Program-made: the position numbers and the translations under genes
NCBI RefSeq assembly: GCF_051859905.1
Contig: NZ_JBHYEX010000006.1
From: Roseinatronobacter sp.
GTDB taxonomy: Bacteria; Pseudomonadota; Alphaproteobacteria; Rhodobacterales; Rhodobacteraceae
Reading direction: 5' to 3' (one strand)
DNA: 64,000 bases
In this document: piece after piece, positions 41,484-50,460 of the stretch
Layout of the letters: each line of letters begins with the position of its first letter
Numbering within the stretch: the first letter of the stretch is position 1
The notes under the pieces: generated by a model
What the model was told of the DNA's origin: nothing
Seen by the model: the letters and a program-made list of their open reading frames with translations, nothing else
Databases searched by the model: none

Positions 41484-41732
41484 CTTTGGCTCCTTTTTCG
41501 CGCGGGAACAGAGGCACCCTGAGGGCCGCAGACCTTCTGAACCGCAACTTGGCTGCCCTTCATCTACTCCTGTAAACCGGTGGGGTCAACCAAAGCCGCA
41601 CGTCCATTTCACGAAAAAACCACGCATTGAATACAATTGCATACCGGCCATGTGGCGCGTTGCGATATTTCACAGGCCGCTATATCGACAGATACGCGCC
41701 CCTCGCCGACGGGTTCCACCCGCGCCCATCTT

Positions 41733-42515
41733 TCAGCCGTGCCAGGCCGGTTTGCGCCGCGCGAAGAAGGCGCTGATTCCTTCCTGCGCTTCCGGTGATT
41801 GCCATGCAGATACCAGTTCGCTGATGGAATGATCCACGGCCCCCTCTGGCGAAGTGCCCCCAAGACGCAGGGCAAGGGCCTTGGCACGCGCGACCGCGCC
41901 CGGCGCACAGGCCAGATAGGGCGCGATTTCCTCCTCAACCACCATATCCAGATCCTGCGGGGCAACAGCGCGGGCCAGCAGGCCAAGGGTCACGGCTTCC
42001 TCGGCCCCGAAAACCCGCGCGGACATGAACACGCGCCGCGCCATCGCCTGCCCCATCCGTGCCAGAACATAGGGGCCAATGGTCGCGGGTATCAGCCCCA
42101 GACGGGTTTCTGTCAGCCCGAATTTGGCACCCTGAACACCGATGGCCACATCGCATATGGCCATCAGGCCAACCCCGCCACCGAAGGCTTGTCCCTGCAC
42201 CCGCCCGATCAAGGGTTTGGGCAGACTGTTCAGCGCACCTAGCATATCTGCCAGCTTTCGCGCCTCGGCCGCGCGGGTCGCGTCATCCGCGCGCATCTGG
42301 TCCTGCATCCACCCCAGATCACCGCCCGCACAGAAACTTTTCCCAGCGCCGGTCAAAACCACAACACGCACGGTATCATCCGCTGCAAGCTGCGCGGCTG
42401 CGGCGGTCAGTTCCGCAATCATCTGCGCAGACATGGCGTTGTGTTTTTCTGGCCGCGCAAGTTCCAGCGTTGCCACCCCGCGCGCGTCCGTATTGATCGC
42501 AATCGTTTCAAACAT
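41733..42515 (-). CDS. Enoyl-CoA hydratase family; by context methylglutaconyl-CoA hydratase (LiuC-like)
   Basis: ORF 41733..42692. I moved the start to ATG 42515 (MFETIAINTDARGVATLELARPEKHNAMS), which overlaps the upstream lyase stop by 8 nt. It has a crotonase fold (GAGKSFCAGGDLGWM). Confidence 0.85.
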   Translation of the reverse strand: MFETIAINTDARGVATLELARPEKHNAMSAQMIAELTAAAAQLAADDTVRVVVLTGAGKSFCAGGDLGWMQDQMRADDATRAAEARKLADMLGALNSLPKPLIGRVQGQAFGGGVGLMAICDVAIGVQGAKFGLTETRLGLIPATIGPYVLARMGQAMARRVFMSARVFGAEEAVTLGLLARAVAPQDLDMVVEEEIAPYLACAPGAVARAKALALRLGGTSPEGAVDHSISELVSAWQSPEAQEGISAFFARRKPAWHG

Positions 42516-43371
42516 CAGGTGTTCCCTTGCACAAGCCTTGCGCCATACGCGCGGCGCGTTCCAGAACATCGCGGTCCAGCGCGGTGTTCCAGCCCCGCGC
42601 CACCAGCCAGTCATGAACAGATTCGGTTGCGACATTTCCTGACGCCCCCGGCGCATAAGGACAGCCACCAAGCCCGCCCACCGCCGCGTCAAAAACCCGC
42701 AGCCCGTATTCTAGCGAGACTTCAATATTCGCCTGCGCGCGGCCGGCCGTATCATGGTAATGCCCCGCCAGCATGCTTGCCGGCATGTCCTGCAATACCG
42801 CGCGCAGCATATCTGCAATCCGCTCGGGTCGGGCTTGCCCCAGCGTATCACCCAGGCTGATTTCATAGCACCCCATATCGCGCAGTTGCGACACCACGCG
42901 CACCACGTCATCCGGCGCAACAGCCCCGTCAAAGGGGCAATCGGTCACGCAGGACACATACCCCCGAACGGGAATTCCTGCATCACGGGCGGCATCAGCC
43001 ACAGGGGCAAGGCGTTCCAGACTTTCGGAAACCGAACAATTCAGGTTTGCCTTGCTGAACCCCTCCGATGCTGATGCGAAAATCGCAATCTCACTCGCGC
43101 GCGCAGCCAAAGCAGCCGTGAAACCCCGCATATTGGGCACCAGTGCTGCATAGCGCACATTGTCCATGCGGGTAATCAACGCCAGAACATCAGCGGAATC
43201 AGCCATTTGCGGCACCCATTTCGGGCTGACAAAACTCGCTACCTCGATGCGCCTGAACCCCGCGCCACTCAGGCAGTTTACCAGTGCGACCTTGTCAGAT
43301 GTCGGGATCAGACGCTTCTCATTCTGTAGCCCGTCACGGGGGCCAACTTCGAATATTTCAACATATGCCAT
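42508..43371 (-). CDS. Hydroxymethylglutaryl-CoA lyase (LiuE-like)
   Basis: 287 aa. The N-terminus is VEIFEVGPRDGLQNE, with HYHDTAGRAQANI and GGLGGCPYAPGASGNVATE. Confidence 0.93.
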   Translation of the reverse strand: MAYVEIFEVGPRDGLQNEKRLIPTSDKVALVNCLSGAGFRRIEVASFVSPKWVPQMADSADVLALITRMDNVRYAALVPNMRGFTAALAARASEIAIFASASEGFSKANLNCSVSESLERLAPVADAARDAGIPVRGYVSCVTDCPFDGAVAPDDVVRVVSQLRDMGCYEISLGDTLGQARPERIADMLRAVLQDMPASMLAGHYHDTAGRAQANIEVSLEYGLRVFDAAVGGLGGCPYAPGASGNVATESVHDWLVARGWNTALDRDVLERAARMAQGLCKGTPDV

Positions 43372-43374
43372 ATC

Positions 43375-44007
43375 TCATCCCTCTGGCGGCGCATAGAAGT
43401 CACGCGTGTAAATCTGCGCCGGCCCGTCCTTTTGCATGGCGCGCTGGAAGGCTGGCCGTTCAAGGACCATATCTGCATAACGCGCGGTGGTCTGTGGCAA
43501 GGGCACGAAGCGTTGCGCCATGCACACTGCATACCCAATCGCAATGTCGGCCACGCTGAACTGCCCTGCCACCCAATCCGGCCCGATGGCGCGAAGCGCG
43601 TTTTCAAGGCGGCGCGCCTCCAGCCGCATGACAGTGGGCGAGCGCATCCAGTCGTCACGCAGGACGATGTGATGCTGCGTCAGGTTCGCCAGATGCGCAC
43701 CAAGCGTTTCGGCATAATGCAGACCTTGCAGGAATGCGGCGCGCGCGGGCGCCCCTTCGGCGATGCGCAGTTGCGGGGCCAGCCTTTCGGCCAGATATAA
43801 CAGAATTGCGCCGCTTTCATGCATGGGCAGGCCGTCAATCTCGATTGCAGGGACACGCCCGGCAGGCGAGCGCGCCAGATGCGCCGCATCGCGCAGCGAC
43901 CGGTCGAAGAAACTGCACGCGACAAGGTCATACTCGGCGCTGATTTCTTCCAGAAACCATAGCACACGAAATGAACGCGATTGCGCAACATGCCATAGCC
44001 GGATCAT
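43375..44007 (-). CDS. Glutathione S-transferase family protein
   Basis: ORF 43375..44169. I moved the start to ATG 44007 (MIRLWHVAQSRSFRVLWFLEEI...). It has GST N- and C-terminal domain features (GRVPAIEIDGLPMHESGAILLYL). Confidence 0.8.
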   Translation of the reverse strand: MIRLWHVAQSRSFRVLWFLEEISAEYDLVACSFFDRSLRDAAHLARSPAGRVPAIEIDGLPMHESGAILLYLAERLAPQLRIAEGAPARAAFLQGLHYAETLGAHLANLTQHHIVLRDDWMRSPTVMRLEARRLENALRAIGPDWVAGQFSVADIAIGYAVCMAQRFVPLPQTTARYADMVLERPAFQRAMQKDGPAQIYTRDFYAPPEG

Positions 44008-44086
44008 ACCTGCCCCCCTAATCCAAGCGCCCTGCCTGAAATCCGCGAGAAGGCCGGATAGCTGCCGGACCGGATTTCGGGCGTGT

Positions 44087-46024
44087 TCATTCCTCCCGCT
44101 CCTCCAGACGCACCAGTGCGGCCCCTGCCTCGACCTGCGCGCCTGCACTTGCCAGCACTTCTGCAACACGGCCCGCGCGACTTGCCGTCAGCGTGTGTTC
44201 CATCTTCATGGCCTCCAGTATCACCAGCCGCGCTCCTTCCGCCACATCGTCGCCAACAGCGACAAACACCGCCTTGACCTGTCCGGGCATGGGGGCGGTC
44301 ACACTATCCGCCCCCATGCCCTGCGCGCCTTGCTGGTGCAACGGGTCCAGAAGCGTGAAAATGCGCGGCGTTGCAGCAAATATGTAGACGTGACCATTGA
44401 TATTGCGGGCGCGATACCGCCCGCCCGCCATATGGTAACCTGCCTTATCAGCGGTCACTTCTAGCTGCGTATCGCCAATTGCGACCAACGCTTGCGCCGG
44501 TCCCGTCACGGCAATCCGCAGGTCATGCCGGTCATCGCCAAGCATCAAGCAGACATCGCGCCAGACAGGTCCGGTCGGGCTGAACCCCGCAAGCGGATGG
44601 GTCAACCCGTCCAGTTCAATCGCGCAGGCCGCCGCCACTGCCAGCTCATCAGAACCTGGCGCCGCCGTTCGGGTCAGACCGTCAATATCGCGGGCAATCA
44701 GGCCGGTATCCACATCGCCCGCACGAAATCCTGCATGCCGCGTCAATGCCCCAAGAAACGCCAGATTTGTGACCGAGCCTGCGACTTCGGTTGCCGCCAG
44801 CGCGGCCTGCATCCGAGAAAGGGCGATGGCGCGGCTTTGTCCATGCGTTATGACTTTGGCAATCATCGGGTCATACCACGGACTGATCTCATCGCCCGCG
44901 CGCACGCCGGTATCAAACCGCGCATTCGGACAGAACTGCAAATGCGCCAGCCTGCCGGTTGCAGGCAGGAAACCCGCCGCGACATCCTCTGCATATAGCC
45001 GCGCCTCGAACGCGTGTCCGTTAATCGACAGCTGGTCCTGCGCACAAGGCAACCCCTCGCCCGAGGCCACGCGCAACTGCCACTCCACCAGATCCACACC
45101 TGTGATGGCTTCGGTTACGGGGTGTTCTACCTGCAAACGGGTGTTCATTTCCATGAACCAGAACCTGTCCGGACGCAGCCCGTCACTGCCGTCAACGATA
45201 AATTCCACAGTGCCGGCACCAGCATACCCGATCGCGCGGGCGGCGCGCACTGCGGCCTGCCCCATGGCAGCGCGCATCTGCGCGGTCATGCCGGGTGCGG
45301 GGGCTTCCTCTATAACTTTCTGATGGCGCCGCTGAAGCGAGCAGTCGCGCTCGAACAGATGCAGCGCGTCCACGCCATCACCAAACACCTGCACCTCGAT
45401 ATGGCGGGGCTTGGTGACATATTTTTCAATAAGAACCGCCTCATTTCCGAAAGCGGTCGCCGCCTCGCCCCGGGCACTTTCAAGCGCGTCCATGAAATCC
45501 GATGGGGTATCCACCAGTCGCATGCCCTTGCCCCCACCGCCCGCCACGGCCTTGATCAGCACGGGGTAACCTATTGCATCAGCGGCGCCTGCCAGATGCT
45601 CTGGGTCCTGATTGGTGCCATGATAGCCGGGAACAACCGGCACGCCGGCATCATGCATCAACGCCTTGGCCGCGTCCTTCAGCCCCATTGCGCGGATCGC
45701 ACTGGCCGAGGGGCCGATAAACACCAGACCCGCCACCGTCACCGCATCCACAAAGTCCGGATTTTCCGACAGAAACCCGTATCCAGGATGGATGGCCTGC
45801 GCACCAGTGTCCAGCGCTGCGCGAATGATGACATCCCCGCGCAAGTAGCTGTCGCGCGGTGCGGCCCCGCCGATATGGACGGCCTGATCCGCCAGTTCGA
45901 CATGCATCGCCTGCATATCTGCATCTGAATAGACAGCGACGGTGCGCACCCCCATGGACTGAGCCGTGCGGATGATGCGGCACGCAATCTCGCCACGATT
46001 GGCAATCAGGATTTTATCAAACAT
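44087..46024 (-). CDS. mccA: Methylcrotonoyl-CoA carboxylase alpha (biotinylated) subunit
   Basis: ORF 44087..46108. I moved the start to ATG 46024 (MFDKILIANRGEIACRIIRT). It has a biotin carboxylase ATP-grasp domain and a C-terminal biotinyl motif (LEAMKMEH). Confidence 0.93.
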   Translation of the reverse strand: MFDKILIANRGEIACRIIRTAQSMGVRTVAVYSDADMQAMHVELADQAVHIGGAAPRDSYLRGDVIIRAALDTGAQAIHPGYGFLSENPDFVDAVTVAGLVFIGPSASAIRAMGLKDAAKALMHDAGVPVVPGYHGTNQDPEHLAGAADAIGYPVLIKAVAGGGGKGMRLVDTPSDFMDALESARGEAATAFGNEAVLIEKYVTKPRHIEVQVFGDGVDALHLFERDCSLQRRHQKVIEEAPAPGMTAQMRAAMGQAAVRAARAIGYAGAGTVEFIVDGSDGLRPDRFWFMEMNTRLQVEHPVTEAITGVDLVEWQLRVASGEGLPCAQDQLSINGHAFEARLYAEDVAAGFLPATGRLAHLQFCPNARFDTGVRAGDEISPWYDPMIAKVITHGQSRAIALSRMQAALAATEVAGSVTNLAFLGALTRHAGFRAGDVDTGLIARDIDGLTRTAAPGSDELAVAAACAIELDGLTHPLAGFSPTGPVWRDVCLMLGDDRHDLRIAVTGPAQALVAIGDTQLEVTADKAGYHMAGGRYRARNINGHVYIFAATPRIFTLLDPLHQQGAQGMGADSVTAPMPGQVKAVFVAVGDDVAEGARLVILEAMKMEHTLTASRAGRVAEVLASAGAQVEAGAALVRLEEREE

Positions 46025-46053
46025 GCTCAAGCATCCCTTCTTAACCGCCATCC

Positions 46054-46147
46054 GGGGGCGCTGCCCCCCATCGTCTTGCGACGATGCCCCCCGGAGTATT
46101 TCGTGCAAGATGAAGTCCGGACAGTTTCATCTTGCAAGAAATACTCC
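46054..46147. repeat. Compound palindromic intergenic element: two short G/C hairpins plus a 22-bp inverted repeat
   Basis: GGGGGC-gct-GCCCCC (46054-46068). CATCGTC-ttgc-GACGATG (46069-46086). GGAGTATTTCGTGCAAGATGAA (46093-46114) pairs 21/22 with TTCATCTTGCAAGAAATACTCC (46126-46147). Confidence 0.85.
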
Positions 46148-46168
46148 CGCCGGAGGCCAGCTTCTTTT

Positions 46169-47773
46169 CTACATCCGGAACACACCAAAGCGCGTGGCCC
46201 CGATCGGGGCATTCAATGCCGCCGAAAGTGACAAGGCCAGCACCTGCCGTGTCTGGCGGGGGTCGATGATGCCGTCATCCCAAAGCCGTGCACTGGCGTA
46301 GAGCGGGTGGGACTGGCGCTCGAACATCTCGATGGTGGGGCGCTTGAATTCGGCCTCATCCTCCGCACTCCAGCTTTCGCCCGCACGTTCCAGCGCGTCG
46401 CGCTTCACGGTGGCAAGGACGCCCGCCGCCTGTGCCCCCCCCATCACGGAGATGCGACTATTGGGCCATGACCACAGAAAACGCGGGCTGTAGGCACGCC
46501 CCGCCATGCCGTAATTGCCTGCGCCAAAAGACCCGCCGACCAGCATGGTGATCTTGGGCACTGATGTCGTGGCCACCGCCGTCACCATTTTGGCCCCGTG
46601 TCGCGCGATGCCCTCATTCTCGTATTTGCGCCCGACCATGAAGCCGGTGATATTCTGCAAGAACACCAGTGGAATGCGGCGCTGGCTGCACAATTCCACA
46701 AAATGCGCGCCCTTCACCGCCGCCTCGGAAAACAGCACCCCGTTATTGGCGACAATCCCGACAGGGCAGCCCATGACATGCGCAAACCCCGTGACAAGCG
46801 TTTCGCCGAAGCGGGGTTTGAATTCATCAAAGCGCGAGCCGTCAACCACGCGCGCGATCACTTCGCGGATGTCATAGGGTGTGCGCAGATCAGCAGGCAC
46901 GACGCCAAAAATCTCGTCCGGGTCATAGGCGGGATCTTCGGGGGTTTGCCACTGAACGGTTGCAGGCTTCGTGCGGTTCAGGTGGCCCACCGCGCGGCGT
47001 GCGAGCGCCAGCGCATGGGCGTCATCTTCGGCCAGATAATCAGCCACGCCCGACAGGCGGGTATGCACGTCGCCGCCGCCCAGATCCTCGGCAGTGACAA
47101 CCTCGCCCGTTGCTGCCTTCACCAGCGGCGGGCCTGCCAGAAAAATGGTGCCCTGATCCTTCACAATGATGGTTACATCGGACATGGCAGGCACATAGGC
47201 CCCGCCTGCAGTGCACGACCCCATCACGACAGCAATCTGCGCGATCCCTTTGGCCGACATCTGCGCCTGATTGTAGAAAATGCGCCCGAAATGGTCGCGG
47301 TCGGGGAACACCTCGTCCTGATTGGGCAGGTTGGCACCGCCGCTATCGACCAGATAAATGCAAGGCAGGTGGTTTTCCTCGGCGATTTCCTGCGCGCGCA
47401 AATGCTTCTTGACGGTCATCGGGTAGTAGGTGCCGCCCTTCACGGTGGCATCATTGCAGATGATCATACACTCCTGCCCGGAAACCTGACCGATCCCTGC
47501 GATCACCCCCGCACAGGGCGCCGCCCCGTCATAAAGCCCGTGCGCAGCGGTCGCGCCCACTTCCAGAAACGGGCTGCCTGCATCCAGCAAATTGGCAACG
47601 CGGTCACGCGGCAGCATCTTGCCACGCGCCAGATGGCGCGTGCGCGCCCTCTCTCCTCCGCCAAGCTGCGCGAGTTCTATTGCGGCACGGACTTCTGCCA
47701 AGGCGGCGATATGCCCCGCTTGATTTGCGCGAAACGCCTCTGACCCAGCAAGCACTGATGACCCAAGCTTCAT
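46169..47773 (-). CDS. mccB: Methylcrotonoyl-CoA carboxylase beta (carboxyltransferase) subunit
   Basis: A 534-aa carboxyltransferase ([15 protein letters not shown]..., [10 protein letters not shown]). It is paired with mccA. Confidence 0.93.
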   Translation of the reverse strand: MKLGSSVLAGSEAFRANQAGHIAALAEVRAAIELAQLGGGERARTRHLARGKMLPRDRVANLLDAGSPFLEVGATAAHGLYDGAAPCAGVIAGIGQVSGQECMIICNDATVKGGTYYPMTVKKHLRAQEIAEENHLPCIYLVDSGGANLPNQDEVFPDRDHFGRIFYNQAQMSAKGIAQIAVVMGSCTAGGAYVPAMSDVTIIVKDQGTIFLAGPPLVKAATGEVVTAEDLGGGDVHTRLSGVADYLAEDDAHALALARRAVGHLNRTKPATVQWQTPEDPAYDPDEIFGVVPADLRTPYDIREVIARVVDGSRFDEFKPRFGETLVTGFAHVMGCPVGIVANNGVLFSEAAVKGAHFVELCSQRRIPLVFLQNITGFMVGRKYENEGIARHGAKMVTAVATTSVPKITMLVGGSFGAGNYGMAGRAYSPRFLWSWPNSRISVMGGAQAAGVLATVKRDALERAGESWSAEDEAEFKRPTIEMFERQSHPLYASARLWDDGIIDPRQTRQVLALSLSAALNAPIGATRFGVFRM

Positions 47774-47952
47774 GCCCTACCCCCGATTTGGAACTTAGTC
47801 TGATTGCCGCGCGCGGTGACACCCGAGATCGGGGCGACACCGGCTTGCGACACTCCGTCACAGCCGCCCCGCACGGCAATTTGATGCAGGTCAAAGCAGC
47901 CGTGCCGACCGTCCCGCAACATCCGCGCTGTTTGCACAACGAGGGAACGATC

Positions 47953-48555
47953 ATGAGTATTAAATCCATTTCCATATGCGCAATTTCTGCACTGGCACTC
48001 GCGGGCGGGGCTGCCGTGGCGCAACAGGCCGGCGACTGGACGCTGGGTGTTGGCATCGGCCATGTGAACCCGAAATCCAACAACGGCACGCTTGCAACCC
48101 TTCCCGCCAGCATTGGCAGCAGCACACGCCCGATCCTGACTGCGGAATATTTCATTCGGGACAATCTGGGTATCGAATTGCTGGCGGCGGTGCCGTTCCG
48201 CCATTCGATCAGCCTTGGCGGCGTGCAGGTGGGCACCACCAAACACCTGCCGCCAACCGTTTCGCTGAACTATCACTTTTCCAATGACAGCGCGATTACG
48301 CCGTTTCTGGGCGCTGGCATCAATTACACCAGCTTCTTCAGCACCAGATCGCCACTTGGCAACCTGAAGATCAAGGATTCCTGGGGACTGGCGCTGAATG
48401 CGGGTGTCGATTTCGCGGTAAGCGAGCGCAGCGCGATCCGTGCGAACCTGCGGTATATCAACATTCAGTCGGACGTACTGCTTGACGGCACAAATATCGG
48501 CAAGACCAAGATCGATCCTTGGGTTGCGTCGATATCCTACGTTCACCGGTTCTGA
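47953..48555 (+). CDS. ompW: Outer membrane protein OmpW family
   Basis: ORF 47680..48555. I moved the start to ATG 47953 (MSIKSISICAISALALAGGAAVAQQ, a signal peptide) with GAGGGA upstream. It shows a beta-barrel pattern and the C-terminus WVASISYVHRF. Confidence 0.88.
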   Translation: MSIKSISICAISALALAGGAAVAQQAGDWTLGVGIGHVNPKSNNGTLATLPASIGSSTRPILTAEYFIRDNLGIELLAAVPFRHSISLGGVQVGTTKHLPPTVSLNYHFSNDSAITPFLGAGINYTSFFSTRSPLGNLKIKDSWGLALNAGVDFAVSERSAIRANLRYINIQSDVLLDGTNIGKTKIDPWVASISYVHRF

Positions 48556-48577
48556 CGGGGGCACCGACCACGGCATC

Positions 48578-48606
48578 GGGCGCGCCGGATCGGGGCGCCC
48601 TTTTCC
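48578..48606 (+). terminator. Putative intrinsic terminator of ompW
   Basis: GGGCGC (48578-48583) / GCGCCC (48595-48600) stem followed by TTTTCC. It lies 23 nt after the ompW stop. Confidence 0.6.
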
Positions 48607-48635
48607 TATGGGATTGGTGGTCCCCCCCGCCATAG

Positions 48636-49124
48636 CTATCGCGCGCCGTGCAGCACGGACCACAGATACAGCGTCTGTTCAGCGGTCATGTTCACTGCAC
48701 AGCCCAGAAAGGCCGGGCTGGACCCGGTGCCCCCCTGCCATTGCGCCGCTTCAAAGCTGCAACGCGCATCCCGAAAGCCGATCCATGCACGCTGCATGTC
48801 GCGCGCACTGTCAGACAGCGAAATCGCGGCATTGGTGCGGTCCGCGTCCTGCGCTGTCAGGTCCGCACGCAGGGCCTGATATGCGCCATTCAGCTTGTCA
48901 TCCCAAAGACCCAATTCCGCATCCAGACAAAACCCCATGCCGATGGTCGTTTCCCCGCCGGGCTGTTCCATGCACGCAGTCGCCGCGCGACCAATGCAGT
49001 CATAACCCTGCGCGTTATCCGACAATGTGGCAAGGCACCGCTCGGTCGGGGCGGGATCGAAACGAAATTCTGCGGCGGTCGCAGGCACGGCAATCAGGGC
49101 GGCGAGAAGGATGGTCAGGCGCAT
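48636..49124 (-). CDS. Lysozyme inhibitor LprI-like / DUF1311 family periplasmic protein
   Basis: 162 aa with a signal peptide (MRLTILLAALIAVPATA) and a Cys-containing helical domain (LNGAYQALRADL...MQRAWIGFRDARC). Confidence 0.75.
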   Translation of the reverse strand: MRLTILLAALIAVPATAAEFRFDPAPTERCLATLSDNAQGYDCIGRAATACMEQPGGETTIGMGFCLDAELGLWDDKLNGAYQALRADLTAQDADRTNAAISLSDSARDMQRAWIGFRDARCSFEAAQWQGGTGSSPAFLGCAVNMTAEQTLYLWSVLHGAR

Positions 49125-49156
49125 GGGGTTTTCCTTTTGACAAGCACGGCCGAATC

Positions 49157-50320
49157 CTAGCCCATTGCCCCCATCAATTCACGCCCGACAAGCATGCGGC
49201 GAATCTCGGAGGTGCCGGCACCGATTTCCATCAGCTTGGCGTCGCGGAACAGGCGGCTGACGGGGCTGTCATTCATGAACCCTGCGCCGCCCATCGCCTG
49301 CACGGCCTGATGCGCCTGCACCATTGCCTGTTCAGACGCATATAGCACGCAAGCCGCCGCATCCGCGCGCGTGACCGCGCCACGGTCACAGGCCTTGGCC
49401 ACTTCATAGACATAGGCGCGCGCGGAATTCATGGCCGTGTACATGTCGGCAATCTTGCCCTGCATCAGTTGAAAGCTGCCGATGGGTTGGCCGAACTGCT
49501 GGCGGTCGCGCAAATAGGGCATGATTTCATCAAGACAGGCCGCCATGATGCCCGTGCCAATGCCCGACAGCACCACGCGTTCATAATCAAGCCCTGACAT
49601 AAGCACACGCACACCGCGCCCTTCATCCCCCAGAACATTGTCAAACGGGACTTCCACATCCTCAAAAACCAGCTCTGCCGTGTTGGACCCGCGCATGCCC
49701 AGCTTGTCGAAATGCGGGCTGGTGGAAAACCCGGTCATGGATTTTTCGATCAGGAATGCGGTAATCCCCTTGGACCCCGCCGACGGGTCGGTTTTGGCAT
49801 AGACAACCAGAACATCGGCGTCAGGCCCGTTGGTGATCCAGTATTTGGTGCCGTTCAGGATATAGCGGTCGTTTTTCTTGTCCGCGCGCAGTTTCATGCC
49901 CACCACGTCAGACCCCGCGCCCGCTTCGGACATGGCAAGTGCACCGACATGTTCACCACTGACCAGTTTGGGCAGATAGCGGTCGCGCTGCGCATCCGTT
50001 CCGTTCAGCTTGATCTGGTTGACGCACAGGTTGGAATGCGCACCGTAAGACAGCGACACCGAAGCCGAGGCGCGCGCGATTTCTTCCACCGCGATAACAT
50101 GCGCCAGATAGCCCATGTCGGCGCCACCATAGGTTTCGGACACGGTAATCCCCAGAAGCCCCAATTCCCCCATTTCACGCCATAATTCGGCGGGGAAGGT
50201 GTTGGTGCGGTCAATCTCTGCCGCCATGGGTTTGACGCGGTCCTGCGCCCAGCGGTGGACCATGTCGCGCAGGGCGTTCACCTCGTCGCCAAGGTCGAAA
50301 TTCATTGAAGCTGTGAACAT
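49157..50320 (-). CDS. ivd: Isovaleryl-CoA dehydrogenase
   Basis: ORF 49157..50338. I moved the start to ATG 50320 ([14 protein letters not shown]), with GGGAGGA 8 nt upstream. It has an acyl-CoA dehydrogenase fold ([19 protein letters not shown]...[12 protein letters not shown]). Confidence 0.93.
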   Translation of the reverse strand: MFTASMNFDLGDEVNALRDMVHRWAQDRVKPMAAEIDRTNTFPAELWREMGELGLLGITVSETYGGADMGYLAHVIAVEEIARASASVSLSYGAHSNLCVNQIKLNGTDAQRDRYLPKLVSGEHVGALAMSEAGAGSDVVGMKLRADKKNDRYILNGTKYWITNGPDADVLVVYAKTDPSAGSKGITAFLIEKSMTGFSTSPHFDKLGMRGSNTAELVFEDVEVPFDNVLGDEGRGVRVLMSGLDYERVVLSGIGTGIMAACLDEIMPYLRDRQQFGQPIGSFQLMQGKIADMYTAMNSARAYVYEVAKACDRGAVTRADAAACVLYASEQAMVQAHQAVQAMGGAGFMNDSPVSRLFRDAKLMEIGAGTSEIRRMLVGRELMGAMG

Positions 50321-50406
50321 GCGCCAATCCTCCCGCAACTGAACGCTTGTTCAATTCATACGCAGGCTGGGTGCTTGCGTCAAACAGAATCTTGCACAGA
50401 AAGAGT

Positions 50407-50426
50407 CAGGGGGCCAAGGCCCCCTG
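50407..50426 (-). terminator. Putative intrinsic terminator of thrS
   Basis: A perfect 9-bp G/C stem, CAGGGGGCC-aa-GGCCCCCTG, lies 35 nt after the thrS stop. On the minus strand it is followed by ACTCTTTCT. Confidence 0.6.
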
Positions 50427-50430
50427 TTCT

Positions 50431-50452
50431 GAGTATTTCAGGCAAGATGAAG
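50431..50452. repeat. Third copy of the 22-mer repeat unit (GAGTATTTCnnGCAAGATGAAG)
   Basis: GAGTATTTCAGGCAAGATGAAG matches both arms of the 46-kb palindrome at all positions except the two central nucleotides. It lies next to a G/C hairpin, as in the 46-kb copy. Confidence 0.75.
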
Positions 50453-50460
50453 ATGCGAGT

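Noticed and set aside
41561-41589. Possible nuo promoter on the minus strand (TTGACC, 17 nt, TAGATG)
   Set aside because: The -35 is good, but the -10 matches only 3/6. Alphaproteobacterial promoters are too degenerate to call without TSS data.
41611-41660. T6 run on the minus strand after the hydratase gene as an intrinsic terminator
   Set aside because: The preceding hairpin is weak: a 4-bp CCAC/GTGG stem with an internal mismatch. It may terminate, but I cannot support it from sequence alone.
41658-41669. 12-mer CGTTGCGATATT shared with 52518-52529 (nuoA upstream and thrS/MFS intergenic region)
   Set aside because: Exact 12-mer matches are expected on the order of a hundred or more times by chance in 64 kb on two strands. 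There is no extended similarity.
50373-50381. GCTTGCGTC upstream of ivd versus GCTTGCGAC (47843-47851) upstream of mccB as a possible LiuR-type operator
   Set aside because: An 8/9 match between two regions of about 150 bp is expected several times by chance. I cannot recall the LiuR consensus reliably enough to score it.
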